Positions 1 through 13,567 of a stretch of 64,000 bases of DNA are shown here, in pieces. The position numbers were made by a program, and so were the translations under genes. The notes under the pieces are model-generated. The model had not been told where the DNA came from. It did not search any database and was given only the letters and a program-made list of their open reading frames with translations. The DNA is from Azolla caroliniana (lineage: Eukaryota > Plantae > Polypodiophyta). Location: the NCBI GenBank assembly GCA_043228905.1, contig JBHGNT010000007.1, positions 12,028,001 to 12,092,000 of the forward strand, given 5' to 3'. The number at the start of each line of letters is the position of its first letter. Positions within the stretch are counted from its first letter, which is position 1.

Positions 1-180
1 GTTGCCTCTGAGTCTCACATTGTATTCCTCCCCTCATAGTGATAGTTGGAGTCCCTGGGCTACTGTCGTCTTTCTTGTTTAGGGTTTTCCAGGTAAACAT
101 CCTGTGTCATCTCGGTTTTAGTTTGTTCTCTTCTATTCCTTGTTGAAGACTCGGTTGTGGCTGAGCGTTATTTCCGCACA
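1..180 (+). repeat. 5' LTR of copia A (partial)
   Basis: Similar to ~9986-10167 and followed by a PBS remnant. Confidence 0.88.
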
Positions 181-206
181 ATCTAGTATCCGAGCGAACA
201 AGAAAA

Positions 207-2849
207 TAGAAGAGCCATTCACAAGCATGTTCAAGCTCATCGGCTCCAACTACCCAATGTGGAAGTCGAAGATGAGGGACGTGCTCGTGGTCAAAGAATC
301 TGGTTGCTAATACTGTTTGGGGACAAGAAACCGGACAAGATCGATGCCATGACATGGGAGGTGATGAACATGAAGACAACGGCGTACATTCGGTGCTTCA
401 TCAACATGAGCCTATATAACAACTTCAATGAAGAAAGTAAAGCTCATGTGCTCTAGGAGAAAATTGGCACCATGCTGGAGAGTAAAAATGTTGTAAATCG
501 GGTTTCGGTATTCAGGAAATTAGTGAGACTCTGGTACCAAGACAGATCCAGCATGGCGGAGCACATGAACACATTTTAGGGGCTCATTAACCAAACAACT
601 TCGCTCCAAGTACCTCTAGTCAACGAGGTCATTGCATTGCTCATGCTTGGGGGGTTCCCTCCCGGATAGTTGGGAGACACTAGTTGTCACTTTGGGCAAC
701 GCCGGGCCGGAAGGAAAGCAGTTGTCCCTAGCAAGGGTAAAATCAATCTTGGTAGATGAAGAAGCTCGCCGAAAGGACCAGGAGTTCGGAACCGATCCGA
801 AGGCCTTGGTCACAAAAGATGACCATAACCGGGGAAGAGGGTGGTATAGGAGTCCCCAAAACCTGGACAAATCGGGGACGAGGTCAAAGTCAAGGGGAAG
901 ACCCACTTGCTTTAATTGCGGAAAGCCAAGGCAATTCAAGAAGAATTGTCGGCACTTCCAGAAATCCAAAGGGGGGGCCGATGAACCAGAACCGAAGAAG
1001 ATTTCGGAGAGAAGAGGAACATCGGCGATCGCGACAAGTGAAGAAGAATTGATGCTCATTACCGAGGAGAATGAGTTAAACCTTGTCGACGATGAAACAA
1101 CGTGGGTTGTCGATTCCGGAGCATTGTTCCATCTGACACCGGACCGGAAATGCTTCTCATCCTACACAACCGGAGATCACGGTTGTGTCCGGATGGGGAA
1201 TGAAGGGACCTGCCGAATCATTGGCATAGGAGATGTGTTGTTGACGACATCAACCGGATGCAAGTTGCTGTTGAAGGATGTCTGACACGTTCCGGAGGTT
1301 CAATTGAACCTGATATCGGCCGGTCGGCTAGATGATAAAGGCTACACAGGTAACATCCGGAACGGAGTCATGAAGTTTAGCAAGGGAACCTTGATTGTGG
1401 CTCGAGCTCGGAAGATCAACACACTGTACCTGATACATGCCCGGATATGCTAGGAAGAAATAAACATAGCATCCAACACTACCGATGAGCTGGCACATGA
1501 GACTGTGTCATATGAGCCAGAAGGGCATGAGAAGACTTACCGAAGACAACCTCATTCCGGAGGTGGAAGACGTGCATCTTGAGAAGTGCACCGATTGCTT
1601 GCCTGGCAACCAAAACCGAACCTCCTTCCGGTCAAGACCACCGATGAGACGGAATGCACCACTGGAGATGGTGCATACCGGTGTGTGTATGGTGGACACG
1701 AAGTCACATGCCGGATCGTAGTACTTCATGACATTCATAGATGACCATAGCCAGAGGCTGTGGGTGTCATCTTTGAAGACGAAGGATTAAGTGTTGTCTG
1801 TCTTCAAGGAGCTCCATGCGAGAGTGGAAAGAGAAACCGGTCGGAAGATGAAGGCAGTTCGAGCAGATAACGGAGGAGAATATCGGGGGCAGTTCGAGGA
1901 GTACTGCTGGTTGAAGGGAATTCGGCTCAAACTCACCATGCCAAAGACACCAGAATTGAACGGGTTGGTCAAACAGATGAGTTGGACCATAATGGAGAGA
2001 GTATGAAGCATGCTAGCACATGCAAAGTTACCCAAGACATTTTGGGCTGAGGTGCTGATGATGACAACGTACGTGATTTACAGGTCACCCTTGGCACCCT
2101 TGGAAGGAGACACACCACAAAGAGTATGGACCGGTAAAGACGTGTCTTACTGGCATCTGAAGGTGTTTGGGTGTCTCGCATATGTGCATGTTGTAAAGGA
2201 CAAGAGAGCAAAGCTGGATCCGAAGTCCAGGCCATGCATATTCCTCGGATACGGTGATGATGAGTTCGTTCACTGGGTGTGGGATTTGGTCGACAAGAAG
2301 GTGTTCCGGAGTCGAGACATAGTCTTCATGGAAGACAAGACCATTGCCGACTGGGAGTCGGAGAAGAAGGTGAGAAGAAGGTGATGAACTCCGGATCATC
2401 CAATGGAAACCGGCTTGAGGACACAAGGACTTACCCGGTTGAAAACCGGATGACACTCGACGAACCGGCCGGATTCAGACAAGAAACCGAACCGACCGAA
2501 GAAGAAGAAGAAGAAGAAGAAGAAGAAGAAGAAGAAGAAGAAGAAGAAGAAGAAGAAGACACCAGAACCAGACAAGATCCTGAATCGGATGAGGATGAGG
2601 AATAAATGGAGGAACCGGTAGTCAGAAACCAAGGATGAAGATACCCTTTGAGAGAGAGAAGAGGCCCCTAGAGATTTCCGGATGTAGAGCACGTATTGCT
2701 GACCGATGAGGGCGAGCAAAGAAAGACACCCACAACCACAAGTGGTTGAGTGCCATGCAGGACGAGATGGATTCCTTGCATGGGAACTACACATGCGAAC
2801 TAGCGGAGCTACTGAAAGGAAAGAGGGCACTTCGGAACAAGTGGGTGTA
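207..2849 (+). pseudogene. Copia A gag-PR-INT and start of RT, with many stops and frameshifts
   Basis: Zinc knuckle CFNCGKPRQFKKNC, protease WVVDSGA, integrase VRADNGGEY, and LKVFGCLAY in ORFs 632-1285, 1791-2006 and 2010-2384. Confidence 0.92.
2498..2557 (+). repeat. (GAA)20 microsatellite encoding poly-Glu in the INT-RT linker
   Basis: Read directly from the sequence. Confidence 0.97.
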
Positions 2850-3460
2850 TGTTGGGAATCGACGCTTCGATTCACCTTCACCACTCGGCCACAACCGAGT
2901 AAGCGCGAATCAATGCAGCAGAAAATAGGAACCACAGAGAGAAACACACGAATGCACAGGGATTAACGTGGAAAACCCTATACGGGAAAAACCACGGGAG
3001 TACAAGACTCCAAACCAACACTATACAAAGAGAAGTATACAATGGCGAGCTGCAAGGCGACGACCTTGAGCTCGCTGTCCTCGCCACAGGCGGCGGAAAT
3101 ACACAGAAGCGTCGTCCTCTTCCTCTCCCACGCTCTATCTCTCTCTCTCTCTCACGGCTGCTCACTCTTCACTCCTCTTGAGTGGAAAAACAGAAAAATG
3201 ATCAACAACAGTAAAAACTATTTGCCCTAAGTCATATTTATACATATATGACTTTGGGGCTATTTACAGCTATAGCCTCAGGGGCCCTTAGCAAAACGCT
3301 TTCACGGATATGTCCCTGCATCCGGATCTCTCTCCGGGTACATTCGTCATCCGGCTCCGAAGCCGGGGTCTTCATCATCTGGTTCCGAAACCGAAACCGG
3401 GCTTGTCGGCATTCAGTCCGACATCCGACTATCCCATCCGAAGGGACCGTAATCCCAACA
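2850..3460 (-). repeat. 3' LTR of copia B
   Basis: Direct repeat of 7578-8188; I found one substitution (acagaagcg vs acagaggcg). Confidence 0.96.
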
Positions 3461-3470
3461 AACTCCCCCT

Positions 3471-6400
3471 TCACTTCGGCATGGGATGTCTCTCCAATCC
3501 GATCCTCTTCCGGCATGCTTCCAGCTTGTCGGGTGTGAGCACCTTGGTCAGCATATCCGACCCGTTCTCGTCCGTGTGGATCTTTGTCAGCACGAACTCC
3601 TTGTCTTCTATCCTTTCTCGGATCCAGTGATATCTTCGCTGGATGTGCTTCGTCCGGGAGTGATAGGCCGCGTTCTTCGCAAGGTGGATTGCACTCTGAC
3701 TGTCGCAGTAGAGTCGGTACTCCTCCTGCCGGATACCGAGCTCTCTAATGAAGTCCTTCATCCATATTATTTCCTTGCCGGCTTCAACAGCCGCCATGTA
3801 CTCCGCCTCCGTGGTTGACAACGCAACCGTCTTCTGCAGCCTCGACTGCCACGAAACGGCTCCCCCTGCATACGTCATCACATACCCTGATGTGGACCGG
3901 CTGGTATCTGCATCAGCCGACATATCCGAATCGGTGAAGCCGTCGAGTTCGGGCTTACCGGAGCCGAATCGGAGGCACACGTTTGCCGTGCCCTTCAGGT
4001 ATCGGAGTATCCACTTGGCCGCGTTCCAATGCTCTTTGCCGGGATTGCTCATGTACCGGCTCACCACTCCGACTGCATATCCGATGTCCGGTCTCGTACA
4101 CACCATGGCGTACATCAAGCTCCCGACGGCTGAGGCATACGGCACTTTCATCATATCCTCCTTTTCAGCCTTTGTCTTGGGACTTTGCTTGCTGGACAGC
4201 TTGCAGTTTGCCGGGAGGGTCGATCCGACCGGTCTTGCTTCCGACATGTTGAACCGTTTAAGCACCTTTGTCACGTACTTCTCCTGTGACAGCCACAACT
4301 ACTTCTTGCTCCGGTCCCGGATGATGTGCATCCCTAGTATTTGTCTCGCCGGACCCAAGTCCTTCATTGAGAAGGTTCGGTGAAGAGCCTTCTTCAGCAT
4401 CCGTATCTTGACCTGGTCCCGTCCGACGATCAACATGTCGTCCACGTACAGGAGGAGTATTAGAAAGTCTCCTCCTTCGAACTTCTTCACAAACACGCAG
4501 TGGTCGGACTGCGTTTTGAGGTACCCTTCGTCGGTCATGAAGGAGTCGAACTTCCGGTACCATTGCCGGGGAGCCTGCTTCAGTCCGTAAAGGCTCTTCT
4601 TCAACCGGCATACCAGGTGCTCCTTCCCTTTCTTCTCGAATCCTTCCGGTTGCTGCATGTAGATCTCTTCATCGAGGTCACCGTGAAGGAATGCCGTCTT
4701 CACGTCCATCTGTTCTACCTCGAGGTCCATGCTTGCCGCTATGCTCAGCACCGTCCGGATGGAGGTCATCTTCACTACCGGGGCAAATATCTCGTCGAAG
4801 TCGACGCCCTTCTTCTGCTGAAACCCCTTCACCACGATCCTGGCTTTGTATCTCGGGGGGTTTCCGGCATCTCCCGGTTTCAGCTTGAACACCCACTTGT
4901 TTCGAAGTGTCCGCTTTCCTTTCGGCAACTCCACAAGTTCATATGTGTGGTTCTCATGCAGGGAATCCATCTCGTCCTGCATGGCACTCAACCACCTGCG
5001 GCTCTGGGTGTCGTGCTTTGCTTCTTCAAAGCTCTCCGGCTCCCCCTCGTCGGTTAGCAGCACGTGCTCTGGATCCGGAAATCTCCGGGGGGCCCTCCTC
5101 TCTCTTAGAGGATATCTCCGTTCAGGAGCTTCGGTAACCGGTTCTTCCGATTCTTCTTCTTCATCCGAATCCATTTCGGGATCGGGACCGGTTCCGGTAT
5201 CATTTTCATCTTCTTCGGCCGGTTCTGTTTCTTCACCGTCTTCGGCCGGATCCTCGAGTGCTAACCGGTCCCTTGCCGGTCGGGACTGCTCCTCATAAAG
5301 TTGATCCTCACCGGTTGACTTGGAGCTCTTCATCTTCTTCTCCGACTCCCAGTCGGCGAGTGTCTTGTTCTCCATGAAGATGATATCGCGACTCCGGAAT
5401 ATCTTCTTGTCAACCGGGTCCCATACTCGGTAGCCGAACTCGTCATCGCCGTAACCGAGGAATATGCATGGCCGGGTCTTTGGATCTAGCTTTCCTCTCC
5501 GGTCCTTTGCCACATGCACGTATGCGAGACACCCGAACACCTTCAGATGCCGGTAGGACACTTCCTTGCCGGTCCACACTTTCTGCGGCGTGTCTCCGTC
5601 CAAAGGTACTGAGGGTGATCTGTTTATCACGTATGTCGCCGTCGACATTGCCTCAGCCCAAAACCCCTTGGGTAATTTCGCATGCGCCAGCATACTCCGG
5701 ACCCTCTCCATTATGGTCCGGTTCATCCTCTCGGCCAGCCCGTTCAGTTCCGGCGTCTTCGGCATAGTAAACTCGAGTCGGATTCCCTTCGAGCGACAGT
5801 ACTCCTGGAACTGCCCCCGGTATTCCCCTCCGTTATCCGCTCGTATCGCTTTCAGCTTCTTGCCGGATTCCCTTTCCACTCTCGCGTGGAGTTCTTTGAA
5901 GACGCACAACACTTGGTCCTTTGTCTTCAACGGTGCCGTCCACAGCTTCCGGCTGTGATCATCAATGAATGTTACGAAGTACTGGGCTCCGCCATGTGAC
6001 TTCGTTTCTACCTGACACACATCAGTGTGCACCAACTCCAGTGGTGCGCCACGTCTCGTCGGTGGCCTTGAGTGGAAGGAGGTTCGGTTCTGCTTACCGG
6101 CCAGGCAATCGGTGCACTTCTCCAGGTGCACATGCTTCACTGGAATAAGGTTGTCTTCTGCAAGCCTCTTCATCCCCTTCTCACTCATGTGGCACAGTCT
6201 CTTGTGCCACAGCTCACCGGCAGTGTCGGCTGCCACGTTCAACTCTTCCGGACACAACCGGGCATTCATCAGGTACAGTGTGTTGTCTTTCCGGGCCCGA
6301 GCCACTATCAGGCTCCCCTTGCTGAACTTCATTACGCCGTTCCGTATGCTACCTGTGTAGCCTTCATCGTCTAGCCTCCCGGCCGAAATCAGGTTCAATC

Positions 6401-7547
6401 GAACCTCCGGAACGTGTCGGACATCCTTCAGCAGCATTTTGCATCCGGTCGGGGTTGTCAACCACACGTCTCCGATGCCGGCAATCCGGCACGTACCTTC
6501 ATTTCCCATCCGAACACAGCCATGCTCACCGGCTGTGTAGGATGAGAAGTATCTTCTCTCCGGGGTCAGGTGGAACGATGCTCCGGAATCGACCACCCAG
6601 GTCGTCTCATCGCCGGCAATGTTTACTTCACTTTCTTCGGTGATGAGCATGATTTCTTCCTCACTTGCCGCGAGTGCCGTTGTTCCTTTCCGGTCCTGCC
6701 CTCGCCGATCCGAACCTCTCCGGTCCGTGGCTCCCCGGTATGCACCGTTTCTCTCCGGTGACTTCTTCGAATCGGTGTCATCGGCTCCGTTGTCTTTTCG
6801 GTAATGCCGACAATTCTTTCGGAAGTGCCCCGGCTTCCCACAGTGGAAGCATGTGGGCCTTCCTCTTGACTGTGACCGGGTCCCCGACTTCTCCCGTCTT
6901 TGCGGACTCCGGTTCCATTGTCTTCCCCGATCCGATTCGGTAAGCAGCGCCTTCGAGTCGGAGGCCGGTTCTTTATCTCTCCGACGCGCTTCTTCGTTCA
7001 AAATACTTGTCTTTACCGTTTGTAAGGACAAGTTATCTTCTGTGCAGGAGGTGCTGAGAGTCACCACCAAGTTCTCCCAGCTTTCCGGCAATGTACACAT
7101 CAGGATGATGGCTTGCATTGCATCCTCCAACGGGAACTTGATCGCCGCAAGCTGATTCACGAATCCCATGAACGTGCTTACGTGTTCCACCATACTCTCG
7201 CCGTCCCGGTACTTGAGATTCACTATCTTCCTCATCAGGGAGGTCCGGTTCAACGCATTCTTCCTCTCGTAGAGGCCCGACAGCTTCCGCCACATCTCAT
7301 ATGCGTTGGTGTCGTTCGCCACATGTTGTAGAACGCTCACGTCGACGTATTGCCGAATGGTTGCAACGGCTTTCCGGTTCAGAAGCCTCCATTCCGACTC
7401 AAGTACCCCTTTCGGTATTTCCGACCTGTCAATCGGTTCGTACAGGTCCCGAACAATCAGAAGATCCTCCATCTTGATCTTCCAGTCGGCGTAATTCTGC
7501 GCAGTCAGCACCATCATCCCTGGCTGCCCGCTGCCGCCGCCTTCCAT
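3471..7547 (-). pseudogene. Copia B gag-pol polyprotein with a single in-frame TAG at 4299-4301
   Basis: ORFs 4299-7622 and 3471-4298 are in the same frame. ATG (MEGGGSG) at 7547. Motifs: CFHCGKPGHFRKNC, WVVDSGAS, IRADNGGEY, LLYVDDMLI, GFTDSD and KHIQRRYHWIRE. Confidence 0.95.
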
Positions 7548-7562
7548 TTTCTGCAGCAACCC

Positions 7563-7574
7563 GCTCTGATACCA
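7563..7574 (-). promoter_or_regulatory. Primer binding site for tRNA-iMet (TGGTATCAGAGC), copia B
   Basis: Exact canonical motif 3 nt inside the 5' LTR. Confidence 0.95.
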
Positions 7575-7577
7575 GTT

Positions 7578-8188
7578 TGTTGGGAATCGACGCTTCGATT
7601 CACCTTCACCACTCGGCCACAACCGAGTAAGCGCGAATCAATGCAGCAGAAAATAGGAACCACAGAGAGAAACACACGAATGCACAGGGATTAACGTGGA
7701 AAACCCTATACGGGAAAAACCACGGGAGTACAAGACTCCAAACCAACACTATACAAAGAGAAGTATACAATGGCGAGCTGCAAGGCGACGACCTTGAGCT
7801 CGCTGTCCTCGCCACAGGCGGCGGAAATACACAGAGGCGTCGTCCTCTTCCTCTCCCACGCTCTATCTCTCTCTCTCTCTCACGGCTGCTCACTCTTCAC
7901 TCCTCTTGAGTGGAAAAACAGAAAAATGATCAACAACAGTAAAAACTATTTGCCCTAAGTCATATTTATACATATATGACTTTGGGGCTATTTACAGCTA
8001 TAGCCTCAGGGGCCCTTAGCAAAACGCTTTCACGGATATGTCCCTGCATCCGGATCTCTCTCCGGGTACATTCGTCATCCGGCTCCGAAGCCGGGGTCTT
8101 CATCATCTGGTTCCGAAACCGAAACCGGGCTTGTCGGCATTCAGTCCGACATCCGACTATCCCATCCGAAGGGACCGTAATCCCAACA
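7578..8188 (-). repeat. 5' LTR of copia B
   Basis: Direct repeat of 2850-3460. Confidence 0.96.
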
Positions 8189-8193
8189 GTGTA

Positions 8194-9613
8194 CAAGCTG
8201 AAATCGGTAGACACTGGAAATCCACCAAGGTACAAAGCACGGATCGTGGTGAAGGGGTTCTAGTAGAAGAAAGGAGTGGATTTCGACAAGATCTTCGCCC
8301 TGGTAGTAAAGATGACATCCATCCGGACGGTATTGAGCATAGCGGCAAGCATGGACCTGGAGGTAGAGCAATTGGACGTCAAGACGGAATTCGTACATGG
8401 CGACCTCGGAGAAGAGATCTACATGCATCAACCGGAAGGATTTGAGAAGAAAGGGAAGGAGTACCTGGTATGCTGACTGAAGAAGAGCTTGTACGAATTG
8501 AAGCAAGCTCCCCCCCGGCAATGGTACTAGAAGTTCGACTCCTTCATGACCGACCAAGGGTACGACAAGATGCAAGTTGACCACTGCGTGTTTGTGAAGA
8601 AATTTGTCGGAGGTGGCTCCTTGATACTCCTGCTATATGTGGATGATATGCTGATCGTCAGAGGAGACCAAGCCAATATCCAAATGCTGAAGAAGGCTCT
8701 AAACCGGACCTTCTCAATGAAAGACTTGGGTCTGACAAGACAGATTTTGGGGATGCACATCATCCAGGACTAGTTGAAGAAGTTGTTGTGGTTGTCACAA
8801 GAGAAGTACGTGACAAAGGTGTTTCAAAGGTTGAACATGTCGGAGGCGAAACCGGTCGGATCGACACTTCCGGCAAATTGGAAGTTGTCTGGAAAGCAGA
8901 GTGGAAAGACAAAGGTAGAGAAGTCGGATATGATGGAGATACCATATGCCTCTATCGTTGGAAGCTTGATGTACGCAATGGTGTGCACCCAGCCGGATAT
9001 TGCATATGTTGTCGGAGTAGTTAGCCGGTTCATGAGCAATCCAGGAAGAGAGCCCTGGAATGCGGTCAAATGGATACTCTGGTATTTGAAAGGCACCTCG
9101 AGTATGTGCATCCGGTTTGGCTTCGGTAAACCCCAACTTGACGGATTCATGGATTCGGATATGTCGATTGATGCGGATACTAGCCGGTCTACATCCGTAT
9201 ATGTCATGAGTTATGTAGGGGGAGATGTATGATGGTTGTCGAGGTTGCAGAAGTCTATTGCATTGTCGACAATGCAAGCTGAGTAAATGGCAATTGTGGA
9301 AGCCGGCAAGGAGAAAATCTGGATGAAGGACTTCATCGGAGAGCTAGGGATCCGGTAGGAGGAATTCCGGCTCTACTGCGATAGTCAAAGTGCCATCCAT
9401 CTTGCGAAGAATGTGGCCTACCATTCCCGGACCAAGCACATCCAGAGGAGATATCACTGGCTCCGGGAGAAGGTAGAAGATCAAGACTTCGTGCTGACGA
9501 AGATCCACACGAAGGAGAACGGATCGGATATGCTGACCAAGGTGCTTTCAACCGACAAGCTGGATGCATGCCCAAGACGGATCGGATTAACGAGAAATCC
9601 CATGCCGGAGTGA
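8194..9613 (+). pseudogene. Copia A RT-RNaseH, continuing after B
   Basis: NKWVY|[22 protein letters not shown] rejoins across B. LLYVDDMLI and RTKHIQRRYHWLRE are present, with several stops. Confidence 0.93.
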
Positions 9614-9623
9614 AGGGGGAGTT

Positions 9624-10167
9624 TGTTGGGAATTCGGTCGCTCCAGATAGGATCCGGATGAGAACCGGAGGAGCTGGATCAAACGAACTGGATGAAGGAA
9701 CCGGATCCGGAAGGGACCCGGAAACCGGATCGAGTGAATCCGGATGGATCTAGTGCAAACCGGATCCAAGAACATATGTGTAAATATGTTTCATAGTGAG
9801 CCCATCGAGGCTATCTTTGTAAATAGCCCTAAAGTCATATAAGTATAAATATGACTTAGGTCAATCACTTTATGTGTAATGAGAGTTGTTGATAGAGTAT
9901 GTACACAGTGAGTGAGAGAGAAAGAGAGACACATAACGAGTTTTCTGTTGTAACCGTAGGTTGGCGAAGACATAGAGCTCGAGGTCGTTGCCTCTAAGTC
10001 TCACATTGTATTCCTCCCCTCATAGTGATACTTGGAGTCCGTGGTCTTCCGTGGTTTTTCCCATTTAGGGTTTCCACATAAACATCTTGTGTCATCTAGT
10101 TTTTAGTTTGTCTTTCTTCCATTCGTTGTTTAAGACTTGGTTGTGGCTGAGCACTATTTTCCGCACA
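9624..10167 (+). repeat. 3' LTR of copia A
   Basis: Starts TGTTGGG after the PPT; its end matches 1-180. Confidence 0.9.
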
Positions 10168-10208
10168 TATTCAACCTCCGTGAAGGCATACAGAACATAG
10201 GACATCCC

Positions 10209-10598
10209 TGTTGAGAATCAAGCTCAACTTGGTCTAGTGTGTGAACTCACCTTGAGAGTGCATAGACACTCCAACGGTCAAGAGTCACCATTAAGTCACC
10301 CCTTTGTATTCTAGCATTTAGTATGAGTCATACAATCATATTCTATGACACATAACTTATGAGCTTTCACATTCCCCATGCTCCATGAGTCTTGTAGTTA
10401 ATGAAGAGAGAGGGTGACTATATAAAGCACCTTCCTCCCGCCTTGTATTACGTTGAGTCTTTCTCCCTTGTTAATACAATCTACCTTGCGTATTCTCTGT
10501 GTATTATTTCTTGTCTCTCTCACTCTCTCTCTCTCCCTCATACACACACATAACTCACATCTCTTCCGCTTCACAAGAATCATACCCGATTCTTTACA
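10209..10598 (+). repeat. 5' LTR of copia C
   Basis: TGTTGAGAATC...TTTACA, repeated at 13785-14167. Confidence 0.93.
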
Positions 10599-10757
10599 TG
10601 GTATCAGAGCGATTTGGTAGCTTGATCTAGCCCATTCGCCTCATCGTGATCGTGTGTTGTGCTCTACGCCGACGACCAAGAACCGGCTCATCGCTATCGT
10701 AGCTTCGCTACATAGCTCGCATTCGAAGAGAGAAGAAGAAGAAGAAGAATCGACATA

Positions 10758-11544
10758 ATGAATACTCAAATGGGGAGTGCTCTCCCTACCGAGAAGTTGG
10801 ATCGAAACAACATCGCATCTTGTGAGTACAAGATGCACCAATACCTTGTCGGACAAGGCTATTGGAGCTACATCAAAGGAGCGCATGAAGACCGACCTGC
10901 CGAAGCGGCTCCCGGATACGTGACATGGGAGCAAGCCGCAAGCCGCGTGATGTATTGCTTGGCGACATGTGTTCACGATCACATGCTCGGCTACATTCGA
11001 GAAGCCAAGACGTCGAAGGAAGCTTTGACTCCGCCAAGAGTTGAACAACATTCAACAAAGGGACATGGCCATCACGACATACACTTCGAAGATCAAGGAG
11101 CTTTGCGATTCGCTCAGCTCAAAAACCGTAAATATCGATGATGATGAGATGGTTCAAATATGCCTCGGCGGCCTCGCACCACGGTTCGGCGCGATGCGAA
11201 CCGTCGTTCTAGCACGGCAGAAATCTCCCTCCTTCTTCAAGCTCCAATCAATGCTATTGGTCGAAGAAAACCATGTGCGTACAAGGAGCAATGAGTCGGA
11301 AGGCCACATGCTCTACACACACTCGAATGGAGGAAGAGGACGCGGACGGTCGAGAGGCCGATTCGGCCAAGAACAAGGCGGACGAGGTTCGACCTACGAT
11401 AACAACTCCCAATTTCAGCCGCAAAACGGAAGCCAACGAGGAACCTTCGCAAGAAGGGGGAGCTTCCACTCCGGCCCGAGCCGTCAAAACGCAACCGAAT
11501 GCGGATATTGCGGAAATCTCGGCCACCACGAAGAAGAATGCTGA
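10758..11544 (+). pseudogene. Copia C gag (frameshifted)
   Basis: LPTEKLDRNN..YKMHQYLVGQGYW and zinc knuckle CGYCGNLGHHEEEC; homologous to E gag. Confidence 0.88.
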
Positions 11545-11696
11545 AAGAAGATGTGTGAATCGGCTTCTACAAGCTGACAACCTAGCGAGAAACAACTTCG
11601 ACTCCGACTCCGCTCGACCCAGAATCCGCTGAACAAGAGATAGAGGATGAAGATCATTTTACGCGCATGTTCGAAGAAAGTCCGATCACGACTTGA

Positions 11697-13567
11697 ATGA
11701 GCGGACCACAAGAGCCTCCGAGCGATCAAAGCACATCACAACCTAGCCCGAAGATGGACAAAGGCAAGGCGAAAATGGCGGAATACGAAGACGATCACTT
11801 CGACGACGATGAATCTACTCACTCACTCGACAGTGAGTTTGGTGGCTTTGATGTACCAATCGGAGCTAAGAAAGCCCTCATCTCTGCAAATGAAAACCTC
11901 TGCTGCTCCACCCGTGAAAAGAATCCAGTTAGCCGATTCGGCTACAATGACTACATGGCATATTACTATGCCTTTATGATGAAGGTGGCGATAGTACGCA
12001 AGCTCGAAAAATTCTCCGAAGCAGCCAAGGATCCGCGATGGATCAAAGCCATGAACGAGGAGATGCAAGTACTATGCAAGAACGAGACGTGGGATCTCGT
12101 TCCCATCTCACCACACAAAAAGGCGATCGGATGCAGATGGATTTACAAAGTGAAGTACAATGCCGACGGCTCCGTCAACCGCTACAAAGTGCAACTCGTA
12201 GCGAAAGGCTATGCCCAAACGCACGGAGTTGACTACGAGGAGACCTTTGCCCCGGTGGCAAAGATGACGACGGTACGGACCGTAATTGCGCTTGCCGCGG
12301 CACAAGGGTGGCACCTCCATCAAATGGACGTCAAGAATGCCTTTCTACAAGGCGAATTAGAAGAGGAGGTGTACATGATACAACCACCTGGCTTTGAATC
12401 GTGCATTCATCCAAAAGCCACATGCCAACTCAAGAAGCCACTCTACGGCCTCAAGCAAGCACCGCGTGGTTGACATTCGAAGATAACGCAATATCTTCAT
12501 CAAATCGGCTTCCGTATGTCAAAATCGGACAAGTCCCTCTACATACGAAGCGATTCCGCCAGTCTGATCATCATCATCTTATATGTGGATGACCTAGTCA
12601 TTGGAGGTGAGCATCTCGTCGAACTTAATAAGGTCAAATCCCTCCTTTCCGACAAGTTCAAGATGACGGACATGAGGGAGCTCCACTACTTCCTCGGCAT
12701 CGAGGTAATTCGGACTCCGGCCGGAATCATGATCTCTCAACGGCACTACATCCTCAACTTGTTATACAAGTTCGGGATGGCTGAGTGGAAATCCATGGCA
12801 ACCCCGCTCGATCACAACCTCAAACTAGATGCGAACTCTGGCACCAAAGCATGTGAGCCAACTCAGTATCGGCAACTCATCGGGAGTCTCATCTACCTCA
12901 CGATCACACAACCCGATCTTAGTTATCCGGTCGGTCTCATTAGCCAATTCATGCAAACTCCGCATGATACTTACTTGGATTGCGCCAAGCGAGTTCTACG
13001 ATACGTGAGCGGTACAATGGATTGCGGCATCCTCTACAAGACCGCGATGCCAATATGACTCGAGGGGTACACAGATGCCGATTGGGCTGGCTACAAAGTT
13101 GATAGAAGATCAACCTCCGGATTTATTTTCTCCCTCGACAACGGAGCAATATCCTGGAGCAGCAAAAAGCAACCAATCGTCGCTCTTTCGAGTACGGAGG
13201 CGGAATACAGGGGCGCAACCGTTGCTGCGTGTGAAGCCATATGGCTCAAGAGGATTTTGAAGGATCTGGGCGTACCCATCAAGGATCCGACCTCCCTTTA
13301 CTGCGACAACATGAGCAATATCTATCTGGCTCAGAACCCGGTGTTCCACGCGTGGACAAAGCACATCGAAGTGCACTATCACTTCATCTAAGAGCGCGTT
13401 CCAACTGGCGATGTCGACCTACAACACATTTGCACAAATCTTCAAACGACCGACATATTCACTAAAGCCTTAGGAGCCGACAAGTTGTAGCAATTCATGA
13501 TCGATCTCGGAGTGACGATCCCTGACTTGCCAAGTTTGAGGGGGAGGACTGAAGATATTACGCAATA
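11697..13567 (+). pseudogene. Copia C RT-RNaseH with stops
   Basis: [25 protein letters not shown] and KHIEVHYHF motifs. Confidence 0.9.

Larger units (their letters stand above)
2850..8188 (-). mobile_element. Ty1/copia LTR retrotransposon B, full length and young, nested in the RT of A
   Basis: TSD GTGTA at 2845-2849 and 8189-8193. 611-bp TG...CA LTRs. iMet PBS at 7563-7574 and PPT at 3461-3473. Confidence 0.97.
1..10167 (+). mobile_element. Ty1/copia LTR retrotransposon A, degenerate; 5' LTR cut by window edge; interrupted by element B
   Basis: 1-180 matches the 3' end of LTR 9624-10167 (both end ...ttccgcaca). Degenerate iMet PBS tagtatccgagc at 184-195. Gag-PR-INT-RT-RH order. PPT tgaagggggagtt at 9611-9623. 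Confidence 0.93.

Noticed and set aside
2396-2947. Poly-Phe ORF and the many short ORFs overlapping pol genes
   Set aside because: They are antisense or off-frame shadows of retrotransposon coding sequence and microsatellites.
4299-4310. Programmed stop-codon readthrough in copia B
   Set aside because: Relatives A and F have a sense codon there and no known readthrough context is present.
10168-10208. 41-bp spacer between A and C as a distinct feature
   Set aside because: Too short to assign; probably a remnant of an older host sequence.
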